A DNA stretch of 64,000 nt, from positions 39,475-103,474 of the forward strand of contig CAVPQS010000080.1 of assembly GCA_963707485.1 (NCBI GenBank). The letters run 5' to 3'. Positions 30,654 through 43,878 of the stretch are shown in pieces (positions within the stretch are counted from its first letter, which is position 1; every line of letters starts with the position of its first letter). The DNA is from an uncultured bacterium (GTDB lineage Bacteria; Zixibacteria; MSB-5A5; CAIYYT01). Under the pieces are notes generated by a model. It worked only from the letters and a program-made list of their open reading frames with translations. It did not search any database and had not been told where the DNA came from. The position numbers were made by a program, and so were the translations under genes.

Positions 30654-33600
30654 GAACGAGATGCACACCGTATCGTTGCCCTGGCGAAGAAGGAAAGCTA
30701 CCCAGACGCTTTCGCGTGCAAGCGAGCCGCCCTTGCGTGCTGAGCTGTTCAGTGGCGAGCAACTGGGCCGGCATGCCGTCGCGGTGGCGGGACAACATCA
30801 ACTCGACCCGAAACCCGGCCCGAATCGGTTATTGCTGCGGTTGACGGACAACGAGCAGGTGCTCATTCAAGCATACGATCTAGTGACCCGTGCGCAGGCC
30901 GAGGGTTGGCGCATCGCGCCGGCGGGCGAATGGCTCTTGGACAACTTCTATCTGATCGAGCAGCAAATCCGCTTGACGCGGCTGCATCTGCCGCGGACCT
31001 ACAGCCGTGAGTTACCGCGGTTGCGGAATGGGGCGGCAGCGGATTTTCCCCGCGTCTATGACATCGCCCTGGAGTTGATCTCCCACGTGGACGGGCGCGT
31101 AGACGCGGAAAACGTCAGCCACTTCGTCACCGCCTATCAGTCTGTCACTCCACTGACCCTCGGCGAATTGTGGGCCGTGCCGATCATGCTGCGTTTGGGG
31201 CTGATCGAGAACTTGCGGCGCGTATCGGTACACATTGCCACGCGGTGGCGCGATCGGAATCTGGCCAATCTATGGGCTAGCCGCCTCTTGGCGGCGCTTG
31301 AGAATGAGCCGACAACAGTCCTCCAAGTGTTGGCGGAGATGGCCCAGTCCGATCCGCCGTTCAACAACCAGTTTGTGGAGGGGTTCTGCGGACGCTTGCA
31401 GGGGCAGAGCCCGTCGCTGGCGACCGTTCATAGTTGGGTTCAGCACCGGCTCGCCGAACAGGGCATGACTCGCGAGCAATTGCAACGGGCGGACAACCAG
31501 ACCCAGGCTGCCGATCAGGTGTCCATCGGCAACAGCATCGGCAGTCTGCGCTTCCTGAGCGCGATGGACTGGCGGAAATTCGTCGAGACGATGAGCATTA
31601 TCGAGCGGGTGCTGCGCACCGATCCCGCCGATGTGTATGCCGCTATGGATTTCGTCACGCGCGACCGCTATCGCCATTGCGTAGAAGCCATGTCGCGGCA
31701 ATCCGGGGGCGCCGAGGAGGGGGTGGCCCGCGCCGCTATCCAGCTCGCGGCGGATGCGTCTCAACGCGACGGTCCGCAGGCGCGCACCGCCCATGTGGGA
31801 TTCTATCTCATCGGCAAAGGCCGACCACGATTGGAGCGCTTAGTACGCGTCCACTGGTCCCTCCGTCGGTCCCTCACACGGACGGTTCGCCGGTTCCCGG
31901 TTTTTTGCTATGTCAGTTCCCTGCTGATAATCACAGCGGCCACGGCCAGTCTGATGTTGGAGAGGCTCAACCTGTTGGGCTGGCATGATTGGCGGGTCTG
32001 GCTGCTGATGATGCTGGGAATCATCGGCGCGTCGCAGATGGCGGTCGCGCTGGTGAACTTGCTGACAAATGTCATGGTAGGCCCGCGCCTCCTGCCGCGC
32101 CTCGATTTCTCAAAAGGGATCCCGGCAGCCGACCGCACCATGGTAGTAATCCCTACGCTCTTGACCAGTCGGCGGGCCGTCACCGAGTTGCTGGAAGGTC
32201 TGGAGATACGCTACTTGGGGAACCGCGACCCGAATCTATTTTTCGCGCTGCTAACCGACTTCCGCGATGCACCCGAGTCCGTGCAGCCCGACGACGCGGA
32301 CCTTCTGCGCCTGGTGCGCGACGGTGTCCAATCCTTGAATGCGCGATACAGCCCCAAGGGCGTTTTCATCTTCCATCTGTATCATCGGCTGCGCATTTGG
32401 AATCCGCACGAGCGTCTGTGGATGGGCTACGAACGCAAACGTGGCAAACTGGAGCAATTCAATGCGCTCTTGCGCGGAGGTCTGCACGACCCGTTCTCCG
32501 AAATCATCGGCGATCTGGCGATCCTCCCCACTATCCGATACGTCCTCACGTTGGATACCGATACTGGTTTGCCTCGCGATACCGCCCGCAAGCTTGTCGG
32601 CACGATGGCGCATCCGCTTAACCGGCCGCAATTTGATCCGACGGTTGGTCGCGTGGTCGAGGGCTACGCCATTTTGCAACCTCGCACGCCCATCAGTCTG
32701 CTATCGGCCAATCGCTCGCGGTTCTCCCAGATCAGTGCCGGCGAAGCGGGGATCGATCCCTACACGCGCGAAGTTTCCGACGTGTATCAGGATCTGTTTG
32801 CTGAGGGGTCATACGTCGGCAAAGGCATCTACGACGTGGACGCATTCCGGCAGGCCACGGCCGGGCGCTTCCCGGAAAATCTCATCCTGAGTCACGATCT
32901 GCTGGAGAGCGGTTATGCCCGCTCGGCGCTAGTCACGGATGTGGAGTTGCATGAGGACCACCCCGCCAGTTTTGCCGCCGAAATGAGCCGTCGCCATCGC
33001 TGGATCCGGGGCGACTGGCAGATAGCCGGTTGGCTCTTGCCGCGAGTGCTCGGGCCAGCCAACAAGCGTCTGCCCAACACTCTGACCGCTCTCGGTTGGT
33101 GGAAGATCTTCGACAACCTGCGCCGCAGCCTCGTGCCGCCCGCCCTACTGGTTTTCCTACTTACGGGTTGGATGCTGATACCGGGACTGACCGGCTTCTG
33201 GACGCTGTTCGTGCTTCTCTTGCTCCTGCTACCAGTGTTCTTAGCGACGCTAGTGGAACTGGTTCGCAAACCCCGCGAACGGACTTGGGCCATGCATCTG
33301 GACTCCACCCTGAAATCGTTGGGCCGCCAGTTAGCGGAGGTCGGCCTCACGTTATGTACGTTGCCATATCGTGCCATTATCAATCTGGATGCAATTGTCG
33401 TTTCCGGCGTGCGCATGCTGTTCACCCGTAGCGGATTGCTGCTCTGGCACACGTCGGGCTATGCACAGCGCAACGCCCGCACCACGCTGGCCGACTTCTT
33501 TCAAGAGATGTGGGTTGCGCCCGTGTTCGCAGTGGTCGGTATCGCAGGGCTCGTGTTGACGCATCCCGGTGAAATGTTAGTCAGCGGGCCGGTGTTGCTG

Positions 33601-36600
33601 CTGTGGCTAGCTTCACCCTTCGTCGGCTGGTGGATCAGCCAGCCACTCGTGGCTGGCCAGCCGGTGTTATCTGAGGCGCAACAGACGTTTCTACGCGGCT
33701 TGGCTCGGCAAACATGGCGATATTTCGAAGTGCTGGTCAACGCGGAGGAACATTGGTTGCCGCCCGATAACTTTCAGGAAGGTCTGACGCCCGAGGTCGC
33801 CTCCCGCACTTCGCCCACCAACATCGGCATGGCCTTGCTGGCCAACCTGGCGGCGAGCGATTTCGGCTACCTCTCAACGGGCCAACTGCTCGACCGCACT
33901 GACAAAACCCTCACCACGCTGGAACAACTCGAACACTACCGGGGTCATCTCTACAACTGGTACGATACGCGCACGCTCAAACCGCTTCACCCACACTACG
34001 TGTCGAGCGTCGATAGCGGCAATCTGGCTGCGGCGTTGTTCACCTTGCGAGCTGGGTTGTGGGAATTGAAAAACCAACCCATCGTTTCGCCCCGCGTCTT
34101 TACCGGGCTGCAGGATACCCTGGAAGAGATCTCGTCTTCGACCATCGTTTGGCTCCGGGAAAAGTTGCAGGTATCGCCGCCGCTCAATCTCCCAACTGCG
34201 TTAGCGTTGCTCCAGGAACTCAGCCAAAATGTCGCCGCGCTGCCAGCCAACGACGACGTGAAACAGCAATGGTGGACGCAGGCTCTTGTCCAGCAGTGCC
34301 ACGCCGCGCGGGACGATTTGAAGTTGCTTACTCCCGATCCCGAGCAGTTCGATCATGTACCGACGTTGCAAGAGTTGGCCGGCGCGTCCACCGGGGGCGA
34401 CCGAGCTGTCGAGCGTATCCGGCGGATCGATCAACTTGCTCAGCGTTGCACCGAGTTGGCCGTGATGGATTTCGCCTTCCTGTACGATCCGGCCCGCGAT
34501 TTGTTATCGATCGGGTACAACGTCACCGACCGTCGCCGCGATCCCTCGTATTACGACCTGCTCGCCTCGGAGGCGCGAGTGGCGAGTTTCATTCTCGTGG
34601 CCCAGAACCAGTTGCCGCAGGATCATTGGTTTGCCTTGGGTCGGCAGTTGACCACCCACGCTGGCGCGATGGCGTTGTTGTCGTGGAGCGGCTCGATGTT
34701 CGAGTACCTGATGCCGTTGTTGGTAATGCCGACCTACGAGCACACGCTGCTCGATCAGACCTACAGAGCGGTCGTGGCCCGCCAGATTGAATACGGCCGC
34801 CAGCGCGGTATGCCGTGGGGCATTTCCGAGTCGTGCTACAACTTCACGGACGCCCGCGGCGTTTATCAGTATGGTGCGTTCGGCGTGCCGGGGTTGGGGT
34901 TCAAGCGCGGTCTTGCCGACGATCTGGTCGTCGCGCCGTATGCGTCGGTGATGGCGTTGATGGTCGCGCCCCGGGAGGCATGCCAGAATCTGGAAATGCT
35001 GTCGGAGAGTGGTTATCGCGGCGCATACGGGCTGTATGAAGCGATCGATTTCACACCCGCCCGCGTGCCCCGCGGCAAGACCTGCGTTCCGCTCCGTAGT
35101 TACATGGCGCATCACCAGGGGATGAGTTTCCTGGCGCTCACGTACCTGCTCTTGGACCGGCCTATGCAGCGCCGGTTCCTCTCTGATCCGTACTTCAAAG
35201 CGTCCGAGCTGTTATTGCACGAACGTATTCCCAAGGTCGTTTCCCCACTTCAGCCGCACGCGGCGGAAGTCAGTGCCTCGCGAAGGCCGATGTCAGTCGC
35301 CGAAACCATGCGTGTGTTCTCCTCACCGTACTCTCCGATTCCCGAGGTGCATCTGCTGTCCAATGGCCGCTATCACGTCATGGTCACCAACGCCGGGGGC
35401 GGGTATAGCCGGTGGAAAAATCTGGCGGTCACGCGGTGGCGCGAAGACGCGACGTGCGATGGGTGGGGCACGTTCTGCTATCTGCGCGACATCGCCACGG
35501 GCGCGCTCTGGTCGTCGGCATATCAACCGACGCGCCGGCCGTCGAGGAAATACGAGGCGATTTTCGTGCAGGGCCGCGCTGAATATCGCCGCCGCGAAGA
35601 GGACATCGACGCGCATACGGAAATCGCCGTATCGCCGGAAGACGACGTCGAAGTTCGCCGTGTTACGTTGACGAATCGCTCGCCCCAGTCCCGCACTATC
35701 GAGCTGACCAGTTACGCGGAAGTTGTCCTCGCTCCAACGAGCACCGACCTCGCGCACCCGGCCTTCAGCAATCTGTTCGTACAGACAGAGATTCTCCATG
35801 ACTTGCAAGCCATTATGTGTATGCGTCGGCCGCGCGCACCCGGTGAGAAACCACCGTGGATGTTCCATCTGATGACCACGCAAGGCACACTGGCAGGCGA
35901 CGCGTCCTACGAAACGGATCGGGCCAAATTCATCGGTCGCTGCCGCTCCGTCGCCCATCCGTTCGCGTTTGACAAGGTCGCTCCGCTATCCAACACTGAT
36001 GGCGCAGTGCTCGATCCTATCGTCGCGATTCGACAGAGCGTCGTCATCGAACCCGACACTTCGGCCAACTGGCACATCATCTCCGGTATGGCCCAGACGC
36101 GCGCGGCGGCGTTGGCGTTGATCGCTAGGTATCGCGACCCCAGCATCGCGGGGCGCGCGTTCGAGATGGCTTGGTCGCACAGCCGACTTGTGTTGCGCCA
36201 GGTGGAGACGACCGAGGCCGAAGCCCAGTTGTATGTGCAGTTGGCCAGCTCGGTCATTCACGCGAACCCGCTCCACCGCGCCGGCACCGGCATCCTTACC
36301 CGCAATCAGCTTGGCCAGTCCAGCTTGTGGGCCTTCGGGATATCTGGCGACATACCGATCATCCTTATGCGAATCGCCGACATACATCGGATCGATCTGG
36401 TAAAACAGGTGCTCCAGGCCCATGCCTACTGGCGCGAGATAGGACTGGAAGTCGATTTAGTTATCCTAAATGAAGATTTCTCCGGCTATCGTCAAGTTTT
36501 GCAAGACCGCATCTTGGGCTTGATCGCCGCTGGCACGGAGGGACACCTGGTGGACAAGCCCGGCGGGATCTTTTTGCGGCGTAGCGAACAGTTGTCGGAG

Positions 36601-37645
36601 GAAGAGAGGGTGCTATTGCAGACGGTCGCGCGTGTGATCCTCACCGACGGCGTCAAGACCTTGGCCGAGCAGGTTGAGCGGCGGGCGCCAGTTGAGCGGA
36701 AGATTCCGCACTTCATCCCGACGCGGTCGATGCTGCCAGCGACAACATCCACGCCGGACTCACGTGAGCGTGTCTTTTTCAACGGTCTGGGCGGGTTCAC
36801 GCCCGATGGACGCGAGTACGTGACCTCACTCGCGCCCGGACAGACTACCCCCGCACCGTGGGCCAACGTGATAGCCAACTCCCAGATCGGCACGGTGATC
36901 ACGGAAAGTGGTGGGGCCTATACCTGGGTGGACAACGCCCACGAATTCCGGCTCACCCCCTGGTGCAACGATCCCGTAGGCGACACCAGCGGGGAGGCGT
37001 TTTACCTCCGCGACGAGGAAAGCGGTCAATTCTGGTCGCCGACGGCCTTGCCTGCGCGCGGGACCGGCACATACGTCTGCCGACACGGTTTTGGCTACAG
37101 CGTGTTTGAGTACACACAATTAGGAATCAGCACAGAAATATGGACCTATGTCACGTTGGACTCGCCCGTGAAATTGCTGGTGGTCAAAGTGCGGAATTGC
37201 TCGGACCGGGCAAGGCGCCTGTCGGTCACGGGTTACTGGGAGTTGGTCCTCGGCCAGTGGCGGCACGCAAACCTGATGCATGTGGTCACCGAGATCGACC
37301 CGACTACGGGTGCTTTGTTCGCCCGCAATGTGTACAACCGCGAGTTTGCCAATAAGATTGTTTTCATCAACGTCAGCGACGCGGCGCGGACCATTACCGG
37401 CAGCCGCACTGAGTTTCTTGGAAGTAACGGCTCGCCAGCCAGTCCCGCCGCGATGAGGCAAACGCAACTTTCCGGCCAGACGGGCGCTGGCCTCGACCCC
37501 TGCGCGGCACTGCAGGTACCCTTCGACCTGGCGGAAGGCCAGGAGCGCGAACTGGTTTTCGTGGTGGGAGCTGGTAACAATATCGAGGAAGCCCACCAAC
37601 TTCTCCGACGGTTCGGCAGCCCGGCTAGTGCGCGGCTAGCCCTAG

Positions 37646-39000
37646 CAGTTTGCTGAAAAACAGCATCTGGAGTTGATAATTTGCGATTTCGCTGCTGCGA
37701 TTTCGAGGATTTCTGATTTTGCGGAGGGAAGTTTGTTGTTTCCCGAGTGTTGTTAGGCTCAGCGGCCGGCTATCGAACCGACATCGGCGTCAAGTTCTCT
37801 CTGTTTTATCTTCAGACCAGTCCCGGATCCGGTTTGAGTTTCGCCATTCGCAACAGATTGTAGGCAGCGCCGACCATCTCGGCGGCCAATTGCGTTCGCG
37901 CTCGACCTTTGTGACGGGTCTTGCGCAACCCGCCAATCGTTTTCATCCAGCCGAAGATCTCCTCGATGCGTTTACGCACGCGTTGACTAATCGCGTAGTC
38001 CTGGCGTTTCCTGATCCGGGGATCGACCGCCGAGCCGCCCGGACGTTTGTTGTTGGCCGCGATATGCGGCGCAATCTGCCGTTTCTGCAACATCTCAACA
38101 AACCCCTTCGTGTCATACCCCTTGTCACCGGCCAACGTCTTCGGCTTCCGTCGTTTCTTCGCTTGACGCTTCAACATCTGCTCCGCCGCTGACCACTGCG
38201 ACTTAGTATCCGCCGCCGTTACACTAATGTCCAGCAACAGTCCATGCCTGTTCTCCATCAAGGCATGGCCATTGTAATACAGCTTCGCCTCCTTTCCCGA
38301 ACCCTTCCGATACAACCGACTCTCCGGATCGGTCGTCGATTCATGTGTCTCATTGCTCCGCTTCTCCCCGTGAAAGTTGACGTTCGGATTGCCTGGATCA
38401 TCATCGTCATCAGACCGATCACTCTCCTTGCGCCGAAAACTCTTCAGCGAGGCCCAGGCCTCAATCAACGTCGAGTCCACCGTAAAATGATCGGCGCTCA
38501 GCAATCCCCCGTTCTGCGCCGTCTTCACCACACCATCAAAAAATAGCTTCCCGACCTCATGCTCCAGCAGTCGCTGCCGATTCTTGCTGAACACCGTCGC
38601 GTCGAAACTGTCCTCGACCTGATTCATGTCCAGAAACCAGCGAAATAACAGATTGTAATCCAACTGCTCGCACATCTGGCGCTCGCTTCTCACCGAATAT
38701 AGCGCCATCAACAACAGCGCCTTCAACACCCGCTCCGGCGGTACGCTCGGACGTCCCGTCGACGAATACATCGTGTCAAACACCGGCGATAACCGTTTCA
38801 GTTCCTGATCCGCCAACTTCTTAATCCTTCGGATCGGATGATCGGCCGGAACCCGCTGTTCCGGCGTCCACAAACTCAAAAATGTCTCCTGACGATTCGA
38901 CTCTCCACGCATGGCAATCTCCTTCAACAAAAATCCGCCAAACGATAACCCCGCCTCTTTTACTTTTCAACTACAACAAGTAGAGTTTTTCAGCAAACTG
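37646..39000 (-). mobile_element. IS5-family insertion sequence, full length (1355 bp)
   Basis: Same IRs as the 27687 copy; CTAG duplication at 37642-37645 and 39001-39004. Confidence 0.95.
37812..38912 (-). CDS. IS5-family DDE transposase
   Basis: Near-identical to 27853-28953. Confidence 0.93.
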   Translation of the reverse strand: MRGESNRQETFLSLWTPEQRVPADHPIRRIKKLADQELKRLSPVFDTMYSSTGRPSVPPERVLKALLLMALYSVRSERQMCEQLDYNLLFRWFLDMNQVEDSFDATVFSKNRQRLLEHEVGKLFFDGVVKTAQNGGLLSADHFTVDSTLIEAWASLKSFRRKESDRSDDDDDPGNPNVNFHGEKRSNETHESTTDPESRLYRKGSGKEAKLYYNGHALMENRHGLLLDISVTAADTKSQWSAAEQMLKRQAKKRRKPKTLAGDKGYDTKGFVEMLQKRQIAPHIAANNKRPGGSAVDPRIRKRQDYAISQRVRKRIEEIFGWMKTIGGLRKTRHKGRARTQLAAEMVGAAYNLLRMAKLKPDPGLV

Positions 39001-40529
39001 CTAGAGAGTGTCTGGGAATTCTGGAAACGGACGTTGGGCGTAGTGTATGCCGAGACGCCGGACCCCGCCTTGAACTTGCTGGTCAACGGTTGGCTGGAGT
39101 ACCAGACGCTTGCCGGTCGCTATTGGGGACGGAGCGGGTATTACCAATCTGGCGGGGCGTACGGTTTCCGCGACCAGCTCCAGGACACGACCGCGTTGCT
39201 CCACGCCGCACCGTGGACCGCCCGCGAACACTTGTTGCGGTGCGCCGGGAGGCAGTTTCGCGAAGGCGACGTGCAGCATTGGTGGCATCCACCCACCGGC
39301 CGCGGTGTGCGCACGCACTGCTCCGACGATTATCTCTGGCTACCGTACGCGACCTGCCGCTATGTGAAGACAACCGGTGACTCCGGTGTGCTCGATGAGC
39401 ACGTTCCGTTCCTCGAAGGCCGCTCGGTGAATGCGGACGAGGAATCGTACTACGATCTGCCGCAACGTTCAGGGGAGGACGGCACGCTCTATGAGCACTG
39501 CGTGCGGGCGATCAAACATGGACTGAAATTCGGCACGCACGGCTTGCCGTTGATCGGCTGCGGCGATTGGAACGACGGGATGAATCTCGTTGGCGAGAAA
39601 GGCAAGGGCGAGAGCGTGTGGCTGGCGTTCTTCCTGTACCACGTGTTGCAGAGCTTTGTGGAGTTGGCCCGCAGTCAGGGTGATTCCGAGTTTGCCGATC
39701 ATTGCAACGCCCAGGCTGCGCAGTTGCAGCCGAACATCGAACTGCATGGATGGGATGGCGACTGGTACCGGCGCGCATACTTCGACAACGGCACACCGCT
39801 CGGTTCCGCCGCAAACGATGAGTGCCAGATCGACTCCATCGCTCAGAGTTGGGCGGTGTTGTCGGGCGCGGCGAATCCGGCGCGGGCGCGGTTGGCTATG
39901 GAGCGCGTGGATCAACGTCTGGTCCGGCGCGACTCGCGGCTAATCCAGCTCTTCGATCCGCCATTCAAGGACTCTGCGCTCGAACCCGGCTACATCAAAG
40001 GCTATCCGCCTGGCGTGCGGGAGAATGGTGGCCAGTACACTCACGCCGCGATCTGGGCCGTCATGGCGTTCGCGGATCTGGGTGAGACCGAACGGGCGTG
40101 GGAACTGTTCTCGTTGCTGAACCCGATCCGTCACGCGACAGACATAACGGAGGTCAATCGCTATAGAGTTGAACCGTATGTCGCCGCAGCCGACGTTTAC
40201 GCCGCCGAGCCATACACCGGCCGTGGCGGCTGGACTTGGTACACGGGTTCCGCGGGCTGGATGTACCGGCTGATCGTCGAGACACTGCTCGGTCTATGGC
40301 TCGAAGCGGACCAACTGCGGATGAGTCCGCGGCTGCCACGTGCCTGGGAGTCACTCAAGCTTCACTACCGCCATCGCGATACCTTTTACCACATCACCGT
40401 GAGACGGGCTGGAGGAGAAGTCGCCCGGCCCGTCCGCTTAATCGTTGATGGCGAAGAGCAACCCGAGGCCACGATTCACCTGGTAGACGACGGCCATGAG
40501 CATACCGTCGAAATCGTAGTCGCTGACTC

Positions 40530-40860
40530 ATGAAAACTGCATTGCCGCGTATCCTGACGATCAACGGCGGCTCGCCGACTATCAAGTTCGCGATATTCGA
40601 GGTCGGTGATCCGCCCTGACGGATTCTGGATGGCGGATTTGACCGGATCGGATTGCCTGATGCCACTCTGAAAGTGAAGGGCATAGACTAGGCGGACAAC
40701 TTTTCTCGGTTAGTGACGGCGCCGGACCACACGGTGGCGGTGAACGCTCTGATGGATTGGATCGGCGAACGGAGTGAGCGAGATAGATTGACGGCGGTGG
40801 GGCATCGCGTGGTGCATGGCGGACCAAATTATAGTAACCCGCAGCGAATCACTGCTCGGT
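40530..40860 (+). pseudogene. ackA: Acetate kinase N-terminal remnant
   Basis: [37 protein letters not shown] with two in-frame stops; truncated. Confidence 0.8.
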
Positions 40861-40861
40861 A

Positions 40862-41296
40862 ATGATCGGCAAACCGGATCTCTTGCGAGACGATAAGATT
40901 ACCGGTCGGGGCCGCTTGAGGCGTCGGCCGCGAAACTCCAAGAAGAAGGCAAGACCGTGATGTTTGTCGCCACAGGTGGCAAGCCAACGGGAATCCTTGC
41001 CGTCGCTGACCCGATCAAATCCACCACAGCTGAAGCCATTCGCGAGCTCCACGCGCTCGGGTTGAAGCTCGTCATGCTCAGTGTGTGACAACCGCCATAC
41101 TACCACCGCCGTGGCCAGTAAACTTGGCCTTGATGCGGTGGAACCGGAGATCGAACCCGCCGGAGAAGTCTCCCAGGTCAAAAAACTGCGTGCGGAAGGC
41201 AAACACGTTGCGAAGGCAGGCGACGGCATAACGACGCACCTGCCCTCAGCGAAGCTGAAATCGGCATTGCCATGGGCACAGGCACGGACGTGGCCA
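40862..41296 (+). pseudogene. Heavy-metal (CopA-like) P1B ATPase internal remnant
   Basis: EGKTVMFV..GILAVADPIK..VML/DN..AGDGI/DAPAL..GIAMGTGTDVA across frameshifts. Confidence 0.8.
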
Positions 41297-41356
41297 GGCC
41301 AAAGTTAGTTGCACTTTCAACTCAAACCTACCCTGGTCTGCATAAGCCAGTGCGTA

Positions 41357-42250
41357 TCATTCTTCCTTTGCGCTCAGAGCTTCGAAGCCGGAGACGACGT
41401 CGAATAGTTCCTCGTCGATACCACTTTGGCGCAAACGATGGAATTTCCCGTTGAGGTCCTCCAGCAATTCGCTGATGTTTTTGTCGGCACGTTGCATAGC
41501 CGCTAGGCGGCTCGCGTTCTCGCTCGCGAGGGATTCGGCGCACGCCCGGAAGAGCGAGACGAAAAGATATTCGCGGATGAACGCCCGCAAGGTCGTGGTG
41601 CCGCCGCCTAAGACCTCGGGCAAGTTTCCCGTCGGCCAGGGAAGTTCTGCCAGATTGCGTCGCCAAGTCTCGTCCAGCGGTAGCAATCGCTGACTGACGG
41701 GCGCATAGGCCGCCCCGGACGTGGGGCGGTTGTAGAAAAGGTGGAGCTCGGCGACTCCACCCTGGCTGCGATGCGTCTCGCTCTCCACAAGAATCTGCCC
41801 GACGAGTGAGGTGATAGCCTTGACGGAGTTCGGCACGGTGAAGAGTCCTATCAGCGGCAGGCCCGCGTCTGCCAGGCGGGCCTGAACGCGCTCACCGACA
41901 GCCCAGACTTGGGGTTTGCCGGGCAGAACCGCCAGCGTCTTAACCGCATAGTCTGCGATCAAATCATTAAATTCGCCCACCAGTCCTTGGTCCGAGCCAA
42001 ACACAACTGCACCTATCGCACCTGCGATCGTTCGTCTTTTCCGTTCTGTGATAAAGGACGCTTGCCCGATTCCACGGAAGCATGTGCGCAACCCCAGTTC
42101 CACAGTGCGATTGTAGTCGGCTAATGCCAGCACCGATTTCTCGTATTGTCCAATGCTCGAAGCTGCCACAGCCTTCATCGTTCGGACGACCGATTGGAGA
42201 TCGCCTGCTCCTTGGATCTTTCGGCGCAGACTCGCAGTGGTGTCACTCAT
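41357..42250 (-). CDS. atpG: N-ATPase gamma subunit
   Basis: [42 protein letters not shown]. Confidence 0.92.
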   Translation of the reverse strand: MSDTTASLRRKIQGAGDLQSVVRTMKAVAASSIGQYEKSVLALADYNRTVELGLRTCFRGIGQASFITERKRRTIAGAIGAVVFGSDQGLVGEFNDLIADYAVKTLAVLPGKPQVWAVGERVQARLADAGLPLIGLFTVPNSVKAITSLVGQILVESETHRSQGGVAELHLFYNRPTSGAAYAPVSQRLLPLDETWRRNLAELPWPTGNLPEVLGGGTTTLRAFIREYLFVSLFRACAESLASENASRLAAMQRADKNISELLEDLNGKFHRLRQSGIDEELFDVVSGFEALSAKEE

Positions 42251-43878
42251 GTCTTCTCCTCGGGTTCAGGCTCGGCTTTGGCTTGAGAGTTAGGCTCGCT
42301 CTTGATGCCGGGTTGTGGTATGGCTCTAGTTCCCGGTTTGGATTCCGGCTTGGGTTGGAAACGGGCGAGCGCTTTGCGGGCGATTTCGACAATCGTCTTA
42401 CGATCCTCGTCGCTCAGTTCTTCCACAGAATTCAATCGCCCGCTGACCTCTGTCGGCATATCCGTCGCCGCCTCGCGCAGTGCGTGCTCGGCATCTGTCA
42501 TCTGGTCAAGCGCCACATGGTCGAAGAGGTCTGCGATCAACGCCAGCAACACAGCGATTTGCGCCGGTACGGACACCGGGGCGAATTCCGGCTGTTTGAG
42601 GCAGGAGCGAATGCGCCGTCCGTGCTCGATGATCTTGCGAGTGTCTTCATCCAGGCGGGCGCCGAACCTGGAAAAGGTCTCGAGTTCCTCAAACTGCGCG
42701 TAAGCGAGCTTGAGGTCGCCTGCTACCGCGCGGTAGGCCGCGCGTTGTGCTTTGCCGCCGACGCGTGATACGGATTTTCCGACATCGACAGCGGGGAGCA
42801 CACCCAATTCAAACAGCGAGGGCGAGAGGTAGATCTGCCCGTCCGTGATGGAAATCAAGTTGGTCGGAATGTAGGCAGAAATGTCCTGGGCTTCGGTTTC
42901 GATGATGGGCAGCGCAGTGAGGGATCCGCCGCCGAGATCCTTGCGTAAGTGCGTTGCACGCTCGAGCAGCCGCGAGTGGATATAGAAGATGTCGCCGGGA
43001 AACGCTTCGCGACCTGGCGGACGGCGCAGCAAGAGAGAGAGTTCGCGGTAGGCGCGCGCATGATGGGTGAGGTCGTCGTAAACGATGAGCACGTCCCGGC
43101 CCGCTTCCATGAAGGACTCTGCGATGCTTGTCGCGGCATAAGGAGCGATATACGCGAGACCCGGAGGATCGTTCCCCTCGGTAACAACGATGACGGTGTA
43201 GTCCATCGCGTCCTTTTCCCGCAAGGTTGTAACAGTCTTGGCAACGGCTGACGCGCGCTGGCCGATGGCGCAATAAACGCACAGGACATTCTGGCCGCGC
43301 TGGTTGAGGATGGTGTCGATCGCAATAGAGGTCTTGCCTGTCTGACGATCACCGATAATCAACTCGCGCTGGCCGCGCCCAACCGGAATGAGCGCATCAA
43401 TGACTTTGAGGCCGGTTTGAAGAGGTACCGTGACGGGTGCACGGTCCATGATGGGCACGGCGGGGCGTTCCGCTGGCAGGCGTTTACTGGAGGCGACCGG
43501 TCCGTTGCCATCGAGTGGCCGGCCGAGCGGATCGATGACGCGCCCCAGCACTCCATCGCCCACGGCAATGTCCATGACCCGGCCTGTGCGCTGGACTTCA
43601 TCTCCTGCGTGGAGATGCCAATATTCACCGAGCAGAACGACGCCAATTTCGTCTGCGTCGACGTTGAATGCAATGCCGAGAACATCGCCGGGAAACACAA
43701 CCAATTCATCAAAGCCCACACTCGGGAGTCCTGACACCGTGGCGATGCCAGTGTTGACGCTGGTGATCGTGCCCACCTCCCGTGGCGTCAGTTGCGGCGT
43801 GAATGCTTCGCGCACCTGGCTTATGCTAGTGAACGCGCTGTCGAAAGCGTCTTGGAGACTCTCGGGTTTCATGTTCAA
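42247..43878 (-). CDS. atpA: N-ATPase alpha subunit
   Basis: [44 protein letters not shown]. Confidence 0.95.
   Translation of the reverse strand: MNMKPESLQDAFDSAFTSISQVREAFTPQLTPREVGTITSVNTGIATVSGLPSVGFDELVVFPGDVLGIAFNVDADEIGVVLLGEYWHLHAGDEVQRTGRVMDIAVGDGVLGRVIDPLGRPLDGNGPVASSKRLPAERPAVPIMDRAPVTVPLQTGLKVIDALIPVGRGQRELIIGDRQTGKTSIAIDTILNQRGQNVLCVYCAIGQRASAVAKTVTTLREKDAMDYTVIVVTEGNDPPGLAYIAPYAATSIAESFMEAGRDVLIVYDDLTHHARAYRELSLLLRRPPGREAFPGDIFYIHSRLLERATHLRKDLGGGSLTALPIIETEAQDISAYIPTNLISITDGQIYLSPSLFELGVLPAVDVGKSVSRVGGKAQRAAYRAVAGDLKLAYAQFEELETFSRFGARLDEDTRKIIEHGRRIRSCLKQPEFAPVSVPAQIAVLLALIADLFDHVALDQMTDAEHALREAATDMPTEVSGRLNSVEELSDEDRKTIVEIARKALARFQPKPESKPGTRAIPQPGIKSEPNSQAKAEPEPEEKT

Larger units (their letters stand above)
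30661..40533 (+). pseudogene. ndvB: Cyclic beta-1,2-glucan synthase (NdvB/Cgs, GT84 plus GH94) split by IS
   Basis: EWLLDNFY, ERKRGK, TLDTDT, SHDLLE, RRHRWIRGDWQ, LPPDN, SWSGSMFEYLMP, WGISES; C-terminal [37 protein letters not shown]; removing the IS restores [12 protein letters not shown]. Confidence 0.92.

Noticed and set aside
29649-30668. 339-aa minus-strand ORF and other long antisense ORFs (e.g. 49348-50337, 47131-47838, 27760-28233)
   Set aside because: Shadow frames opposite well-supported genes in GC-rich DNA, with no recognisable motifs.
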